From an uncultured Verrucomicrobiae bacterium (GTDB lineage Bacteria > Verrucomicrobiota > Verrucomicrobiia > Limisphaerales > Palsa-1400), in assembly GCA_963702845.1 (NCBI GenBank), contig OY969763.1, positions 5,248,001 through 5,312,000 of the forward strand: DNA of 64,000 nt, read 5' to 3'. The notes below the pieces were generated by a model. That model saw only the letters and a list, made by a program, of their open reading frames with translations. It searched no databases and had not been told where the DNA came from. Shown in pieces: positions 39,327 through 49,551 of the stretch (within the stretch, counting starts at the first letter, position 1; every line of letters starts with the position of its first letter). A program made the translations under genes and the position numbers.

Positions 39327-40091
39327 ATGAATGATGTGTTAAGACGGTTTTTGGTGATTGGCTCGAGTTTGGTTTTGACACTTTTTCTCGTAGCGAGAGG
39401 CCAGACCGCGCCGTCTGCTGGTGAGTCAGATACGCAAAATCATGGCGCGGTAGCTGCGGCGGGCGTCCAAGTGCAGACAGCGGAGACTCAGGCAGCAATG
39501 TCTCCGCAGGATGCGCTGGCCGAGTTACGAGCCGGCAATGCGCGGTTTGTGGCGGGGAAATCGCGGACTCTTAATCTACCCGGCGAGGTACACGTGACTG
39601 CCGGTCACCAATATCCATTCGCGGTGATCGTGAGCTGCATTGACTCGCGCGTGCCGGTTGAACGGGTGTTCGACCAAGGCATTGGGGACGTGTTTAACGC
39701 ACGAGTCGCGGGGAATGTGCTTAATGACGACATTTTGGGAAGCGTGGAATACGCCTGCAAGGTAGCTGGCGCAAAGCTGATTGTGGTGTTGGGCCATTCG
39801 AGTTGTGGTGCAATCAAGGGCGCGGCGGACGATGTGAAGTTGGGCAAGCTGACGGGCCTGTTGGATAAAATCAAGCCGGCGGAGGAGCGGGTTCCCCAAA
39901 GTATTCAGCCGCGGAATTCCAAGAATAAAGTGTTTGTTCAGCAAGTGGCGGAACAAAACGTGCGGCTGGTGATGGAAGAAATCCGCGAGCGGAGTCCAAT
40001 CCTGCGCGAAATGCTCGACTCGGGAAAAATTGGGATCGCCGGAGGGATGTATGATATCGCCACCGGGGAGGCCCATTTCATGACGAAATGA
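39327..40091 (+). CDS. Beta-class carbonic anhydrase, probably exported
   Basis: GNARF, SCIDSRV, RVAGNV, LGHSSCGAI zinc ligands; hydrophobic N-terminus. Confidence 0.93.
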   Translation: MNDVLRRFLVIGSSLVLTLFLVARGQTAPSAGESDTQNHGAVAAAGVQVQTAETQAAMSPQDALAELRAGNARFVAGKSRTLNLPGEVHVTAGHQYPFAVIVSCIDSRVPVERVFDQGIGDVFNARVAGNVLNDDILGSVEYACKVAGAKLIVVLGHSSCGAIKGAADDVKLGKLTGLLDKIKPAEERVPQSIQPRNSKNKVFVQQVAEQNVRLVMEEIRERSPILREMLDSGKIGIAGGMYDIATGEAHFMTK

Positions 40092-40097
40092 AATCTG

Positions 40098-40664
40098 TCA
40101 GGCTGGCAGGCCAAAATCGGGTGGAGTTGCCTCTCTTCGTCGGAAAAACAATTTCCAGAGTTTGCCTTCACCAAACGTTCTCGCGAGCTCCCGGAAAGCG
40201 AAGAATGGGACAAACGCGCAGAACGTAATCATGCAGCGGGCCAGCAATTCGTATTTGCCTTCACCCAAAAGTTTCGTGAGGCCACCTCCAGCACCCACGC
40301 CCTTGATTGCCCCGCCGACCATGGCCTCAAACATCGCAAACACCCCGAAAAACAGGGTGAACACCAACGATTTTTGAAGGGTTGGATACAGCAGCGGCCT
40401 GTTTTCGCGATCGCGAACGAGGCCCAGGATCTCTCCAAACCAGATCACCTTGGCCAAAACCAGCGCTTCAATGATCGCCGCTCCGTACTTGAAATACTTT
40501 ATTTCGTATTCGGCCAGGACGAACCGGCGATACCACGCAAACACACCGAAGAAAACTGCCAAATAAAGAGCGTTGATCCCGTATGTCACCATCTCGCGCT
40601 GGATTCTTTGCTTCCAGTGCCGCTTCTCGTCTGTCGCGCCAGTTTTATTTTCGGGTGCTTCCAT
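40098..40664 (-). CDS. Hypothetical 4-TM membrane protein
   Basis: Four hydrophobic helices; ALVLAKVI, FVPFFAFREL. Confidence 0.75.
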   Translation of the reverse strand: MEAPENKTGATDEKRHWKQRIQREMVTYGINALYLAVFFGVFAWYRRFVLAEYEIKYFKYGAAIIEALVLAKVIWFGEILGLVRDRENRPLLYPTLQKSLVFTLFFGVFAMFEAMVGGAIKGVGAGGGLTKLLGEGKYELLARCMITFCAFVPFFAFRELARTFGEGKLWKLFFRRREATPPDFGLPA

Positions 40665-40855
40665 AGCTGCTCGAACCAACGTCCAGAAACGACGAGCGTC
40701 AATTCCAGAATGTTATCGTTTAACGGCATCAGCGTTCGCCGCAAAGTGGAAAAGGCTTGCGCACTAGTTGCGGTTGCCTGACATCTGCATAGGTTGCAGA
40801 GCGCGAATGTGGCTCGCTGATTTTTTATGTTCGAGGGCGGGTCGCGCGTTTCGTG

Positions 40856-43800
40856 ATGACTTCGGAATTTGCAACGCAGGGGAAACGTGGAGCGGATGCT
40901 CCGCAACGATTTCCAACCATCTCGAACGACCGGGCGCAGAGTCTAGCCAGTCATTTGAAGAGGAAGATCAAGGGCGAGGTGCGATTTGATCCGGGCAGCC
41001 GAGCGCTTTATGCCACTGATGGATCCAATTACCGGCAGGTGCCCATCGGGGTAGTGATTCCGCGCGATGCGGAGGATGTGATCGAGACGGCGAAGTTGTG
41101 CCACAAATATGGCGCGCCGATTACGTCGCGCGGAACGGCGACGAGCCTGGCCGGGCAATGCTGCAACGTCGCAGTGATCATCGATTACTCCAAATACATG
41201 AATAAGATTTTGGCGATTGATCCGGTGCGGAAATTGGCACGAGTGCAGCCGGGTGTGGTCTGTCAGCAATTGCGGTCGGCGGCTGAAAAGCATCACCTGA
41301 CGTTTGGGCCCGATCCGGCGACGCATCGGTGGTGCACGCTTGGAGGGATGATTGGGAATAACTCGTGCGGGGTGCATTCGCAGATGGCCGGGCGCACGTC
41401 CGATAATGTGCACGAGCTTGATATTTTGTTGTACGACGGCACGCGCATGACCGTCGGTCCGACGACGACGGCGGAGCTGGAGGAAACGATCCGGCGGGGC
41501 GGACGCAAAGGAGAAATTTATGCGCGGTTAAGATCGTTGCGTGATTGTTATGCGGGTTTGGTGCGCGAACGGTATCCGAGAATTCCGCGGCGTGTTTCGG
41601 GTTACAATCTGGACGAACTGTTGCCCGAGGAAGGTTTCAATGTTGCCCGCGCGTTAGTCGGCAGCGAAGGGACGTGCGTGATGGTTTTGGAAGCGACGCT
41701 GAACCTGGTGGCAAGCCCGCCCGCGCGGTCTCTGTTGGTTTTGGGTTATCGTGACATATTCAGCGCCGGAGATCATACGCCGGAAATTGCAGAATATCAC
41801 CCAACCGGACTCGAGGCGTTGGATTTCAAGTTTGTCAACGATTTGAAATTAAAAGGCGTGCAGACGGAGCACATCAAAATGTTGCCGTCGGGCAAGGCGT
41901 GGTTGCTGGTTGAGTTTGGCGGCGACACGAAGGCGGATAGTGACGCGAAGGCGCGACTCGTGATGGCGAAGTTGCGGCTGAAGCCGGGTGCGCCTTCGAT
42001 GAAGCTGTTCGATGATAAAGAGGAGGAAGAGGAAATCTGGCGCGTGCGCGAATCAGGGCTGGGTGCGACGGCGCATATTCCCGGCGAGGATGAGAATTGG
42101 GAAGGTTGGGAGGATGCCGCCGTTCCGCCAGAGCAAGTCGGCGATTATTTGCGCGGGTTCAAGCGATTGCTCGAAAAATACCATTATGTGACATCGCTCT
42201 ACGGGCATTTTGGCCAGGGCTGTATTCATTGCCGGATTAATTTTGATCTGAAGACGGCGGAAGGAATCCGTAAATGGCGCGCGTTTTTGAGTGAGGCTGC
42301 AGACCTTGTTTTGGAACATGGCGGCTCGCTCTCCGGTGAACATGGCGACGGCCAGTCACGCGCCGAGCTGTTGCCGAAGATGTTTGGCAAGGAGTTGATC
42401 GACGCGTTTGAGGAATTCAAGAGCATCTGGGATCCCGATTGGAAAATGAACCCGGGCAAGGTTGTCCGGCCGTATGCCATAACCGAGAACCTCCGTTACG
42501 GATCAAATTATCGACCGGCTGAACCAGAGACGCATTTTAAATATGTGACAGACGGTTTCAGTTTTTCACACGCGATGAAGCGGTGCGTGGGTGTGGGCGA
42601 ATGTCGCAAGACGGAGAGCGGGACGATGTGCCCGAGCTATATGGCGACGCGGGAAGAGAAGCACACGACGCGCGGGCGGGCGCGGTTGCTTTTTGAAATG
42701 CTGAATGGCAGTGAGCTTAAACGCGAGGGGTGGCGCAGCGACGCAGTGAAGGAGAGCCTGGATTTATGTCTTTCGTGCTAGGGTTGCAAAGGCGATTGTC
42801 CGGTGCACGTGGACATGGCGACGTATAAAGCGGAGTTTCTTTCGCACTATTACAAAGGACGATTGCGACCGGTACACGCCTACGTCTTCGGTTTGATTCA
42901 CAAATGGGCGCACCTGGCGAGTTTCGCGCCGAAGATTGCGAATTTTTTTGGGCAACATGCGATGCTTGCCGGCCTGGCGAAACGGATCATTGGTATTGCT
43001 CCGGAACGGAAGCTGCCGCCGTTTGCCGAAGAGACGTTCAAGCAATGGTGGAAGAAACGGAAGGCTCCGATTGGGTTGGATGATAAACCGCACGTGATTC
43101 TGTGGCCGGATACGTTCAATAATCATTTTCATCCGCAGATCGCGCGCGCGGCGGTTGAGGTGTTGGAAGATGCGGGGTTCAAAGTGGAAGTGCCTGCGGC
43201 GAACATGTGTTGCGGACGGCCACTCTACGATTACGGCATGCTGGATATTGCGGAGAAATGGCTTCGACACATTTTAGACACGATCAGCGATTCCATCCAG
43301 GATGGCACACCCGTAGTGGTTTTAGAGCCGAGTTGTGCGTCGGTGTTTCGCGACGAAATGACAAATTTATTTCCACATGATCAAAACGCGAAGCGGCTGA
43401 AGCAGCAGACTTTTTTGTTGAGCGGGTTTCTTAACAAACACGCGCCGGAATATCCGCTGAAGGAGCTGGATCGCGAAGCGATTGTACACGGGCACTGTCA
43501 CCATCGCGCGGTGATGAAGCTGGAGGACGAGAAGCGTGTGCTTGCGCGGGCGCTGCCGAATCACAAGATGCTGGACTCGGGTTGCTGCGGGATGGCGGGT
43601 GCGTTTGGTTTTGAAGAAGGCGAACATTACGACGTGTCGATCAAGTGCGGCGAGCGGGTGCTTTTACCTGAGGTGCGAAAGACGGATCACAAGACGTTGA
43701 TCGTGACAAACGGGTTCAGTTGTCACGAACAGATCCTGCAACAGACGGGGCGGAGGGCGTTGCACCTGGCGGAAGTGCTGCAACTCGTGATGAAACACGG

Positions 43801-43972
43801 CAAGCCGCGATTGCTGCAGAAGCCGAAAGCGCGCGAGCCTGAGTCGGACACAAAACATCGCCGGCGATGGCGATGGATCGCGGCGGGAGCGGTTACCGCC
43901 GCGGGTGTGGCTGGTTTCGTCACGACGAACAGGACTCGAAAAACGACGGCCAAGTCGATCGTCTCAAAATAA
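40856..43972 (+). CDS. FAD-linked oxidase fused to 4Fe-4S and CCG domains (GlcD/GlcF, YdiJ-like), interrupted by an in-frame TAG at 42779-42781
   Basis: RGTATSLAGQ, GGMIGNNSCG, GSEGT, GEHGDG, CVGVGECRK..MCPSY; then CLSC*GCKGDCP, CCGRP, HGHCH, GCCGMAGAFG. Both ORFs share one frame. Confidence 0.9.
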
Positions 43973-44156
43973 GTTGCCGTTGGCGTCGAAGACCATGGGG
44001 TTGGGTTTTTCGAGCAGTCTCAGTTTGGTGTACAATGTGCGCCTCCGGTGCGCTCTTCGCAACCAGCGGAGGATGCGCTTGTCGAATACGACGATTTCGT
44101 CTCGGCAAAAAAATTATCGCCAGCGGTTTGCTCGCGGCTTACCATGGGCAGCCTTA

Positions 44157-45044
44157 ATGGAAGTCGCCCAGAATTTCTATGATGTGATCGAAACGACCTG
44201 CCGTGATCTCTATATCCAGTCGCTGAAAGAGATTCCGCCGGACGTTGTCGAGGCCATCAAACGCGCTGCTGCGCGCGAAACTAAAGAGGTCGCAAAACGC
44301 ATTTTCTCGCATTACCTGCGCTCCATCGAACTTGGCCAAAAAGAAAACATGATGGTGTGCCAGGATACGGGCATTCCGATTTATTGGGTGGAAATTGGCG
44401 GCAAAATGCGGTTCGACGGCGCGCAGTTGACGCAGGCGATTATTCGCGGAACCGAACGCGCCACGCGCGAACATCCGTTGCGCTCGAGCATCGTCGCCCC
44501 GCTCACGCGCGAGAATCGGCAGACGAGCACGGGCGAACGCATCCCGATCATTCACTACGATTTCGTGCCGGACTCCGATGAGATCGATATTTTGTTTATG
44601 CCGAAGGGGTCGGGCTCGGAAAACATGTCGTTCATGAAGATGCTGGTTCCGGCTGATGGAGTGAATGGCGTTAAGAAATTTGTTTTGGAAAATGTGGTCG
44701 GCGCCGGCGCGAAGCCTTGTCCGCCGATGGTGGTTGGAATTGGGATTGGTGGTTCGTCGGACCTTTGCATGACTCTCGCGAAGAAAGCCACGACGCGTCC
44801 GGTCGGCTCGCAAAATCCCGACCCGAAAATTGCGGCCATCGAACAGGAGCTGTTCGAAGCGATCAATTCCACCGGCATCGGGCCGCAAGGTCTCGGTGGC
44901 GATACCACGGCGCTCGGCGTCCATATCGAATCGGCGTGGACGCATATCACGTGCAATCCTGTGGCAGTGAACATCCAATGCTGGCGCGCGGAACGGCGTC
45001 GGGCCCGAGTGTCGCCTAGCGGACAGGTGACGATCGGATTTTAA
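44157..45044 (+). CDS. Class I fumarate hydratase/L-tartrate dehydratase alpha subunit
   Basis: CQDTG, PKGSGSEN, KPCPP, GIGIGG, NSTGIGPQGLGG, VAVNIQCW. Confidence 0.92.
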   Translation: MEVAQNFYDVIETTCRDLYIQSLKEIPPDVVEAIKRAAARETKEVAKRIFSHYLRSIELGQKENMMVCQDTGIPIYWVEIGGKMRFDGAQLTQAIIRGTERATREHPLRSSIVAPLTRENRQTSTGERIPIIHYDFVPDSDEIDILFMPKGSGSENMSFMKMLVPADGVNGVKKFVLENVVGAGAKPCPPMVVGIGIGGSSDLCMTLAKKATTRPVGSQNPDPKIAAIEQELFEAINSTGIGPQGLGGDTTALGVHIESAWTHITCNPVAVNIQCWRAERRRARVSPSGQVTIGF

Positions 45045-45045
45045 C

Positions 45046-45074
45046 GCAACGGCGCAAAGCGGCGAAGACGCAAA
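45046..45074 (+). repeat. Degenerate 8-mer tandem repeat
   Basis: Units acgcaacg / gcgcaaag / cggcgaag / acgcaaag between the alpha and beta subunit genes. Confidence 0.55.
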
Positions 45075-45080
45075 GAAATT

Positions 45081-45672
45081 ATGGCAGAGTTTCGATTCAA
45101 GACTCCGTTGACCGAGAAAGATGTGCGCCAGTTGCACGTCGGAGATTCCGTGTTGCTGGATGGAGTCATTTTTGGCGTGCGCGACGGCAATTTGATTCGT
45201 GTGTTCGATAAGAAGGTCGCGCCGCCTTGCGATTGGAACGGCGCGGCGTTGTTGCACACAGCACCGAACGTGAAGAAAGTCGACGGCAAGTATGTTCCTG
45301 TTTGCGTCGGCACGACCACGAGCATGCGGATGGATCGTTTTACGCGAAGGTTTGCTGCGCGATTACGGAGTGCGCGCGATTTTGGGCAAAGGCGGGATGT
45401 CGCTACGCACGGCCGAATTGATGAAGCAATACGGCGCGGTTTATCTATCGGTGACCGGTGGCGCGGCGGCGATGGAAACATTGCAGATTGAAGAGATCGA
45501 AAACGTTTTTTGGGAAGATTTGATGCCGGAATGCATTTGGCAGATTCGGTTCAAAGGCTTCGGGCCGCTGACGGTCGGGATTGATGCGCATGGCGGCAAT
45601 TTGCAAATGGACGTGCAAGCGCAAGCGAACCAAAAGGCTGCAGAACTGATGAAGAAAATGGGGCTCGTTTGA
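45081..45672 (+). CDS. Class I fumarate hydratase/tartrate dehydratase beta subunit (+1 frameshift near 45345)
   Basis: LHVGDSVLLDG..GVRD, GTTTSMRMDRF, then in the next frame EGLLRDYGVRAILGKGGM...GPLTVGIDAHG. Confidence 0.9.
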
Positions 45673-45676
45673 TTTT

Positions 45677-46069
45677 ATGACAACCGCTGACGCAACCACC
45701 CAGACGAGCGCGCCGATCAAGCGCCGGTTTCAAAGTTATCGCGGCACATGGGCCTGGCTCACGCAACGGATTAGCGCGATTTGTTTGTTTTTGCTGATCC
45801 CGGTGAAGATTTACACGGGCTGGGCGGCGAAGGATAAAGTGCCGTATCCGGAGTTTCTCGGTTCGCCGAAAGCGACGCACTTCAGCGGTGGCATTGATAT
45901 CGCGTTGTTATTGTTTTTTCTGATTCACGGGTTTTACGGGTTGCGCGTCATCTTGATTGATGTTGGCGTGATTCGGGAAGATTCGTTCTTCTGGCGCACG
46001 CTGATTTTGGCCCTCGGCATTTTTGGGTTCGCCGTTTGGTACGTTTACGTGCACGGCTACGAGGGCTAA
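45677..46069 (+). CDS. Succinate dehydrogenase cytochrome b (SdhC/D)-like membrane protein
   Basis: Three TMs; WAWLTQRISA and IHGFYGLRVILID (heme-ligand His motif). Confidence 0.65.
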   Translation: MTTADATTQTSAPIKRRFQSYRGTWAWLTQRISAICLFLLIPVKIYTGWAAKDKVPYPEFLGSPKATHFSGGIDIALLLFFLIHGFYGLRVILIDVGVIREDSFFWRTLILALGIFGFAVWYVYVHGYEG

Positions 46070-46121
46070 GCGTCCAGCAATTTCCGCTTTGCAGTTCGCA
46101 CTTTGAAATTAAACTAGTGCG

Positions 46122-46928
46122 ATGCTGATCAATTTCACGAAGATGAACGGAGCGGGAAACGACTTTGTGCTCATCGACAATCGCGAGCGCAAAATCAAAC
46201 TTTCCACTGAGCAAATCGTTCTCATTTGTGACCGGCATCGGGGCGTTGGCGCTGATGGCGTAATGATGCTTGTGCCTGCTTCGGGCAAAGCCGACTGGGC
46301 CTGGGACTTTTACAACGCCGACGGCAGTGAGGCTGAAATGTGCGGCAATGGGTCGCGTTGTTTTGCCCGTTACGTGGAGCGCACGGCTGGTGTGACCGGC
46401 GAGTTCACATTTGAAACGAAGGCCGGCATCATTTCCGCAAAACTCCATGGTGATCGCGTCACGATTAATCTCACTTCGCCGCAGGATTTGCGGTTGAACG
46501 AAATTGTTCCACTCAGTGTTGGCAAAACCGCGATTCATTCGTTGAACACCGGTGTTCCACATGCGGTGTTATTCGTGCCGGACGCCGACAAAGCGATGGT
46601 CGGCACGATTGGTCCTGAAGTCCGACGCCACTCACACTTCGCTCCGCGCGGAACAAATGTGAATTTTGTCGAACTCAAAGGCGGCAACACGATCCGGGTC
46701 CGAACGTTCGAGCGCGGCGTGGAAGGCGAAACGTTGGCGTGCGGCACGGGGGTGTCGGCGTCGGCGATGATTTCGGCGCGGTTGCATGGGCTCAAGTCGC
46801 CAGTCAAAGTACACGTGCAGGGCGGCGATGTGTTAGAAGTTGGGTTTGAGGAAAAAGAGGGAGCGTTCTCCAACGTCAGTCTGACCGGCCCCGCAGATTT
46901 CGTGTTTGAAGGCCAGATTCGCCTTTAA
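46122..46928 (+). CDS. dapF: Diaminopimelate epimerase
   Basis: FTKMNGAGNDF, GVGADG, NADGSEAEMCGNG, GVPHAV, TFERGVEGETLACGTG. Confidence 0.97.
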   Translation: MLINFTKMNGAGNDFVLIDNRERKIKLSTEQIVLICDRHRGVGADGVMMLVPASGKADWAWDFYNADGSEAEMCGNGSRCFARYVERTAGVTGEFTFETKAGIISAKLHGDRVTINLTSPQDLRLNEIVPLSVGKTAIHSLNTGVPHAVLFVPDADKAMVGTIGPEVRRHSHFAPRGTNVNFVELKGGNTIRVRTFERGVEGETLACGTGVSASAMISARLHGLKSPVKVHVQGGDVLEVGFEEKEGAFSNVSLTGPADFVFEGQIRL

Positions 46929-46970
46929 CATTGCCGGGCTGCGCCAATCGGCGACATACTTAAGCTGCTT

Positions 46971-47732
46971 ATGTTGCTGGAAAATCTTTCCTGGCCAGAG
47001 GTGCGCCAACTCAAAGTGGCCGATAAAATCGTCTTGTTTCCGCTGGGCTCATTTGAGCAACACGGCCATCACATGCCACTGACGACGGATACAGACATCG
47101 TCACAGGCATCGCACGCCGACTAGAGCAGAAACGACCAAAAAAGATTTTGTGCCTGCCAACGCTTTGGCCCGGGCACTCCACGCATCACTTGGCTTTTCC
47201 GGGAACTCTCAGTGTTTCGCAGATGCCGTATATCAATTTGGTTTGTGAAATGTGCCGGTCGATTGTGAAGATGGGTGCGAAGAAAGTTTTTCTGCTGAAC
47301 GGCCACGGTGGAAACGATATTCCGGTTCGGGCCGCGTTGCGTGAACTGAAAACTGAGTTTCCGAAAATCCAATTTGTCTTTGTTTCCTACTGGTCGCTCG
47401 CGGCGCAGACCATCAATAAAGTGCGCGAATCGGAAATGGGAGGACTCGGCCACGCTTGCGAAATGGAAGCGTCGGTCATGCTTTATCTCCATCCGGAAAA
47501 AGTGAACATGAAGAAAGCGCGTCGGGATGGGCGCAGTAAAAATCAAGACCACTACCGGAAAAGCGATATGATGACGTCGCGACCGGTTTATTTCGTGAAC
47601 GAGTTCAACGAAATTTCCGAGACCGGCACGGTTGGGTTTCCTGACCTTGCAACCGCCGAAAAAGGAAAGCGTTTCATCAACGGGATTGTCGATGAAGTGC
47701 TCGATTTCGTGGACGATTTTGCGAAGTGGTAG
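46971..47732 (+). CDS. Creatininase family amidohydrolase
   Basis: PLGSFEQHGHHMPLTTD, NGHGGN, GHACEMEAS, ATAEKG. Confidence 0.93.
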   Translation: MLLENLSWPEVRQLKVADKIVLFPLGSFEQHGHHMPLTTDTDIVTGIARRLEQKRPKKILCLPTLWPGHSTHHLAFPGTLSVSQMPYINLVCEMCRSIVKMGAKKVFLLNGHGGNDIPVRAALRELKTEFPKIQFVFVSYWSLAAQTINKVRESEMGGLGHACEMEASVMLYLHPEKVNMKKARRDGRSKNQDHYRKSDMMTSRPVYFVNEFNEISETGTVGFPDLATAEKGKRFINGIVDEVLDFVDDFAKW

Positions 47733-47734
47733 AC

Positions 47735-48541
47735 TTACGCCCTCGCTAACTCGAACCGCGATTCCGTTTCCGAAACGGCTTCGACGTGCGGCTCCGTTAC
47801 GGTTTCAACTGCGAGCTTTCCCAATGCGGTCCCTCGCAACTTCTGGAAGTCGTAGTCACAAAGGTCGCCGATGCGATCGATCGTTATGTCTGCCGGAGAG
47901 TATTTGGCGAGCGCCTGCGGGTCCTGCGCATAATGTCCCTGGCGGACAAACACGGTCGTAACTCCGCCCCCCCAGATTTTTTTTACTGCGTCAAGAATGC
48001 GCAATTTGTCGTCGACGATGACGTAGTGTTCGGCGGGATAGCGGCTCTCGACGTCGTCGAGCTCGTGCTCCTTGTGCAGGTAAATCAGCACATTGTCGTG
48101 AACTGCGTGGCCAAGACCCGATCGGTCGATCTTGCGCGGCTGAAAGACGACGTCGCCGTCGCTAAGAATAACGCACGGACCCCATTGTTGAAGATGCTCA
48201 ATGGCGTCGATAGCACGCGGAAACACCCGGTTCGAAAACGGATATTTCATCATGAACTTCGACATCAGTAGAAAGCGGGGATCGCGCGGATTTTCGGCGC
48301 GATAACGTTGGAGCGCACCGAGGTAGTCGGCATAGCCCATCTCATTGCGAAGCTGCTCGTAAATGGCCCAATAACGTTTTTGGCGCTCCTCGCCGAATTC
48401 GTGGAACAGGAACTGCCGCAGATCTTCGGTGACACGGTCGTTGTTCAACAAGGTGTTGTCGACATCCAAGAGGAAAACGACGCGGTGCGGTTTGAGATTG
48501 TGTGCTTTTTTGGCCCGGGGTTCAGAAAGTGGCGCGGTCAT
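47735..48541 (-). CDS. HAD superfamily hydrolase
   Basis: FLLDVDNTL, ILSDGDVVFQPRK, IVDDKLRIL. Confidence 0.9.
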   Translation of the reverse strand: MTAPLSEPRAKKAHNLKPHRVVFLLDVDNTLLNNDRVTEDLRQFLFHEFGEERQKRYWAIYEQLRNEMGYADYLGALQRYRAENPRDPRFLLMSKFMMKYPFSNRVFPRAIDAIEHLQQWGPCVILSDGDVVFQPRKIDRSGLGHAVHDNVLIYLHKEHELDDVESRYPAEHYVIVDDKLRILDAVKKIWGGGVTTVFVRQGHYAQDPQALAKYSPADITIDRIGDLCDYDFQKLRGTALGKLAVETVTEPHVEAVSETESRFELARA

Positions 48542-48617
48542 ATCGTTTTTCTAAGATGCCCCGTTTCAAGTGGGAATTCCAACGGGGGTTTTCCTGATTC
48601 GCATGTACTCCCCTACG

Positions 48618-49520
48618 TCAATGAATTGGGTCGGGCATATTTCCGTCGAGGGGCGAAGACGTCCGCGAGCGCATCCAAAGCCAATCAGCGTAGTCGTCAT
48701 CATTTGCGACGCGGTGACCCCAGCCGACCTTTTGTTTCCGATATTTCCATTGGTGAGTTTCGGAATGACCGTCCGCAAAGGCGAAGCCGCAGCCGTAGTT
48801 ATGATAGGTTCCGGGAACGTCATACCAAATTGGCTGCTCCATGCCGTACCCGAATGCCGCATCGTTCAAGTCCGTCGCATCCTCATCTATCAAAACCCAA
48901 AGCATCGAAGGCCCCGGCGCGCCAATGCTCGAAAATTTTCCGTAGGTCATCCACGGCCCGGTGCGCTTGTTGCCGTGTCCGTTGTCCAGCCATGGGCCAT
49001 CGACGGGCAAGTAAGGTTTGCCGCCGTGCTTGCCCCACTTCGTATCGAACGCCTCGCAAATCGTGCCGCACGCCTGGCTCATCGAAAACGTGCGCGCCGA
49101 TGGAACTGTGTGACCGATCAACGCGGCGTTGGTGCCTTGATATAAGCCCGTCCGTTTGTCGGTCGGACAGCGGAAGACCGAAACGTTATTGGCCACGTAA
49201 TGGATGAGCAGACTGCGAGTCGGATCGCTAATGATGTCTGGGTTGAATTCCTCTTGCCCGCCTTGGCCCGCTTTGCCGCCGCACCAATTATGGCCGGGGA
49301 TAATGTTCGCGTCGTCTGGATTGGGCGGAAAAAAATCGTGGTAATCGGATGAATACATTACAAGCGCAGTCATGAGTTGATGGCCGTTGTTCACGCAAGA
49401 GACACCTTCGGCTTTTTGCTTACCGCGAGAAAGTGCTGGAACCAAAAGAGCGGCCAGAATCGCAATGATGCCGATCACCACGAGGAGCTCGATCAATGTG
49501 AATGCCCGCTGTAGCCGCAT
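48618..49520 (-). CDS. Prepilin-type N-terminal methylation / H-X9-DG (DUF1559-like) protein
   Basis: [44 protein letters not shown]. Confidence 0.93.
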   Translation of the reverse strand: MRLQRAFTLIELLVVIGIIAILAALLVPALSRGKQKAEGVSCVNNGHQLMTALVMYSSDYHDFFPPNPDDANIIPGHNWCGGKAGQGGQEEFNPDIISDPTRSLLIHYVANNVSVFRCPTDKRTGLYQGTNAALIGHTVPSARTFSMSQACGTICEAFDTKWGKHGGKPYLPVDGPWLDNGHGNKRTGPWMTYGKFSSIGAPGPSMLWVLIDEDATDLNDAAFGYGMEQPIWYDVPGTYHNYGCGFAFADGHSETHQWKYRKQKVGWGHRVANDDDYADWLWMRSRTSSPLDGNMPDPIH

Positions 49521-49551
49521 TGCGGCACGCTACAGCGACAACATTCCTTTG

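Noticed and set aside
139..42781. Genome-wide TAG reassignment or pyrrolysine, suggested by two in-frame TAGs
   Set aside because: TAG ends full-length genes at the expected places (e.g. 6767, 47732, 57308, 58923). The two sites imply different residues (probably Tyr and Lys), and no pyl genes are visible.
45340..45350. Programmed frameshifting in the hydratase beta, pta or protease genes
   Set aside because: No slippery heptamer or stimulatory structure was seen, and the window-wide indel load points to consensus error.
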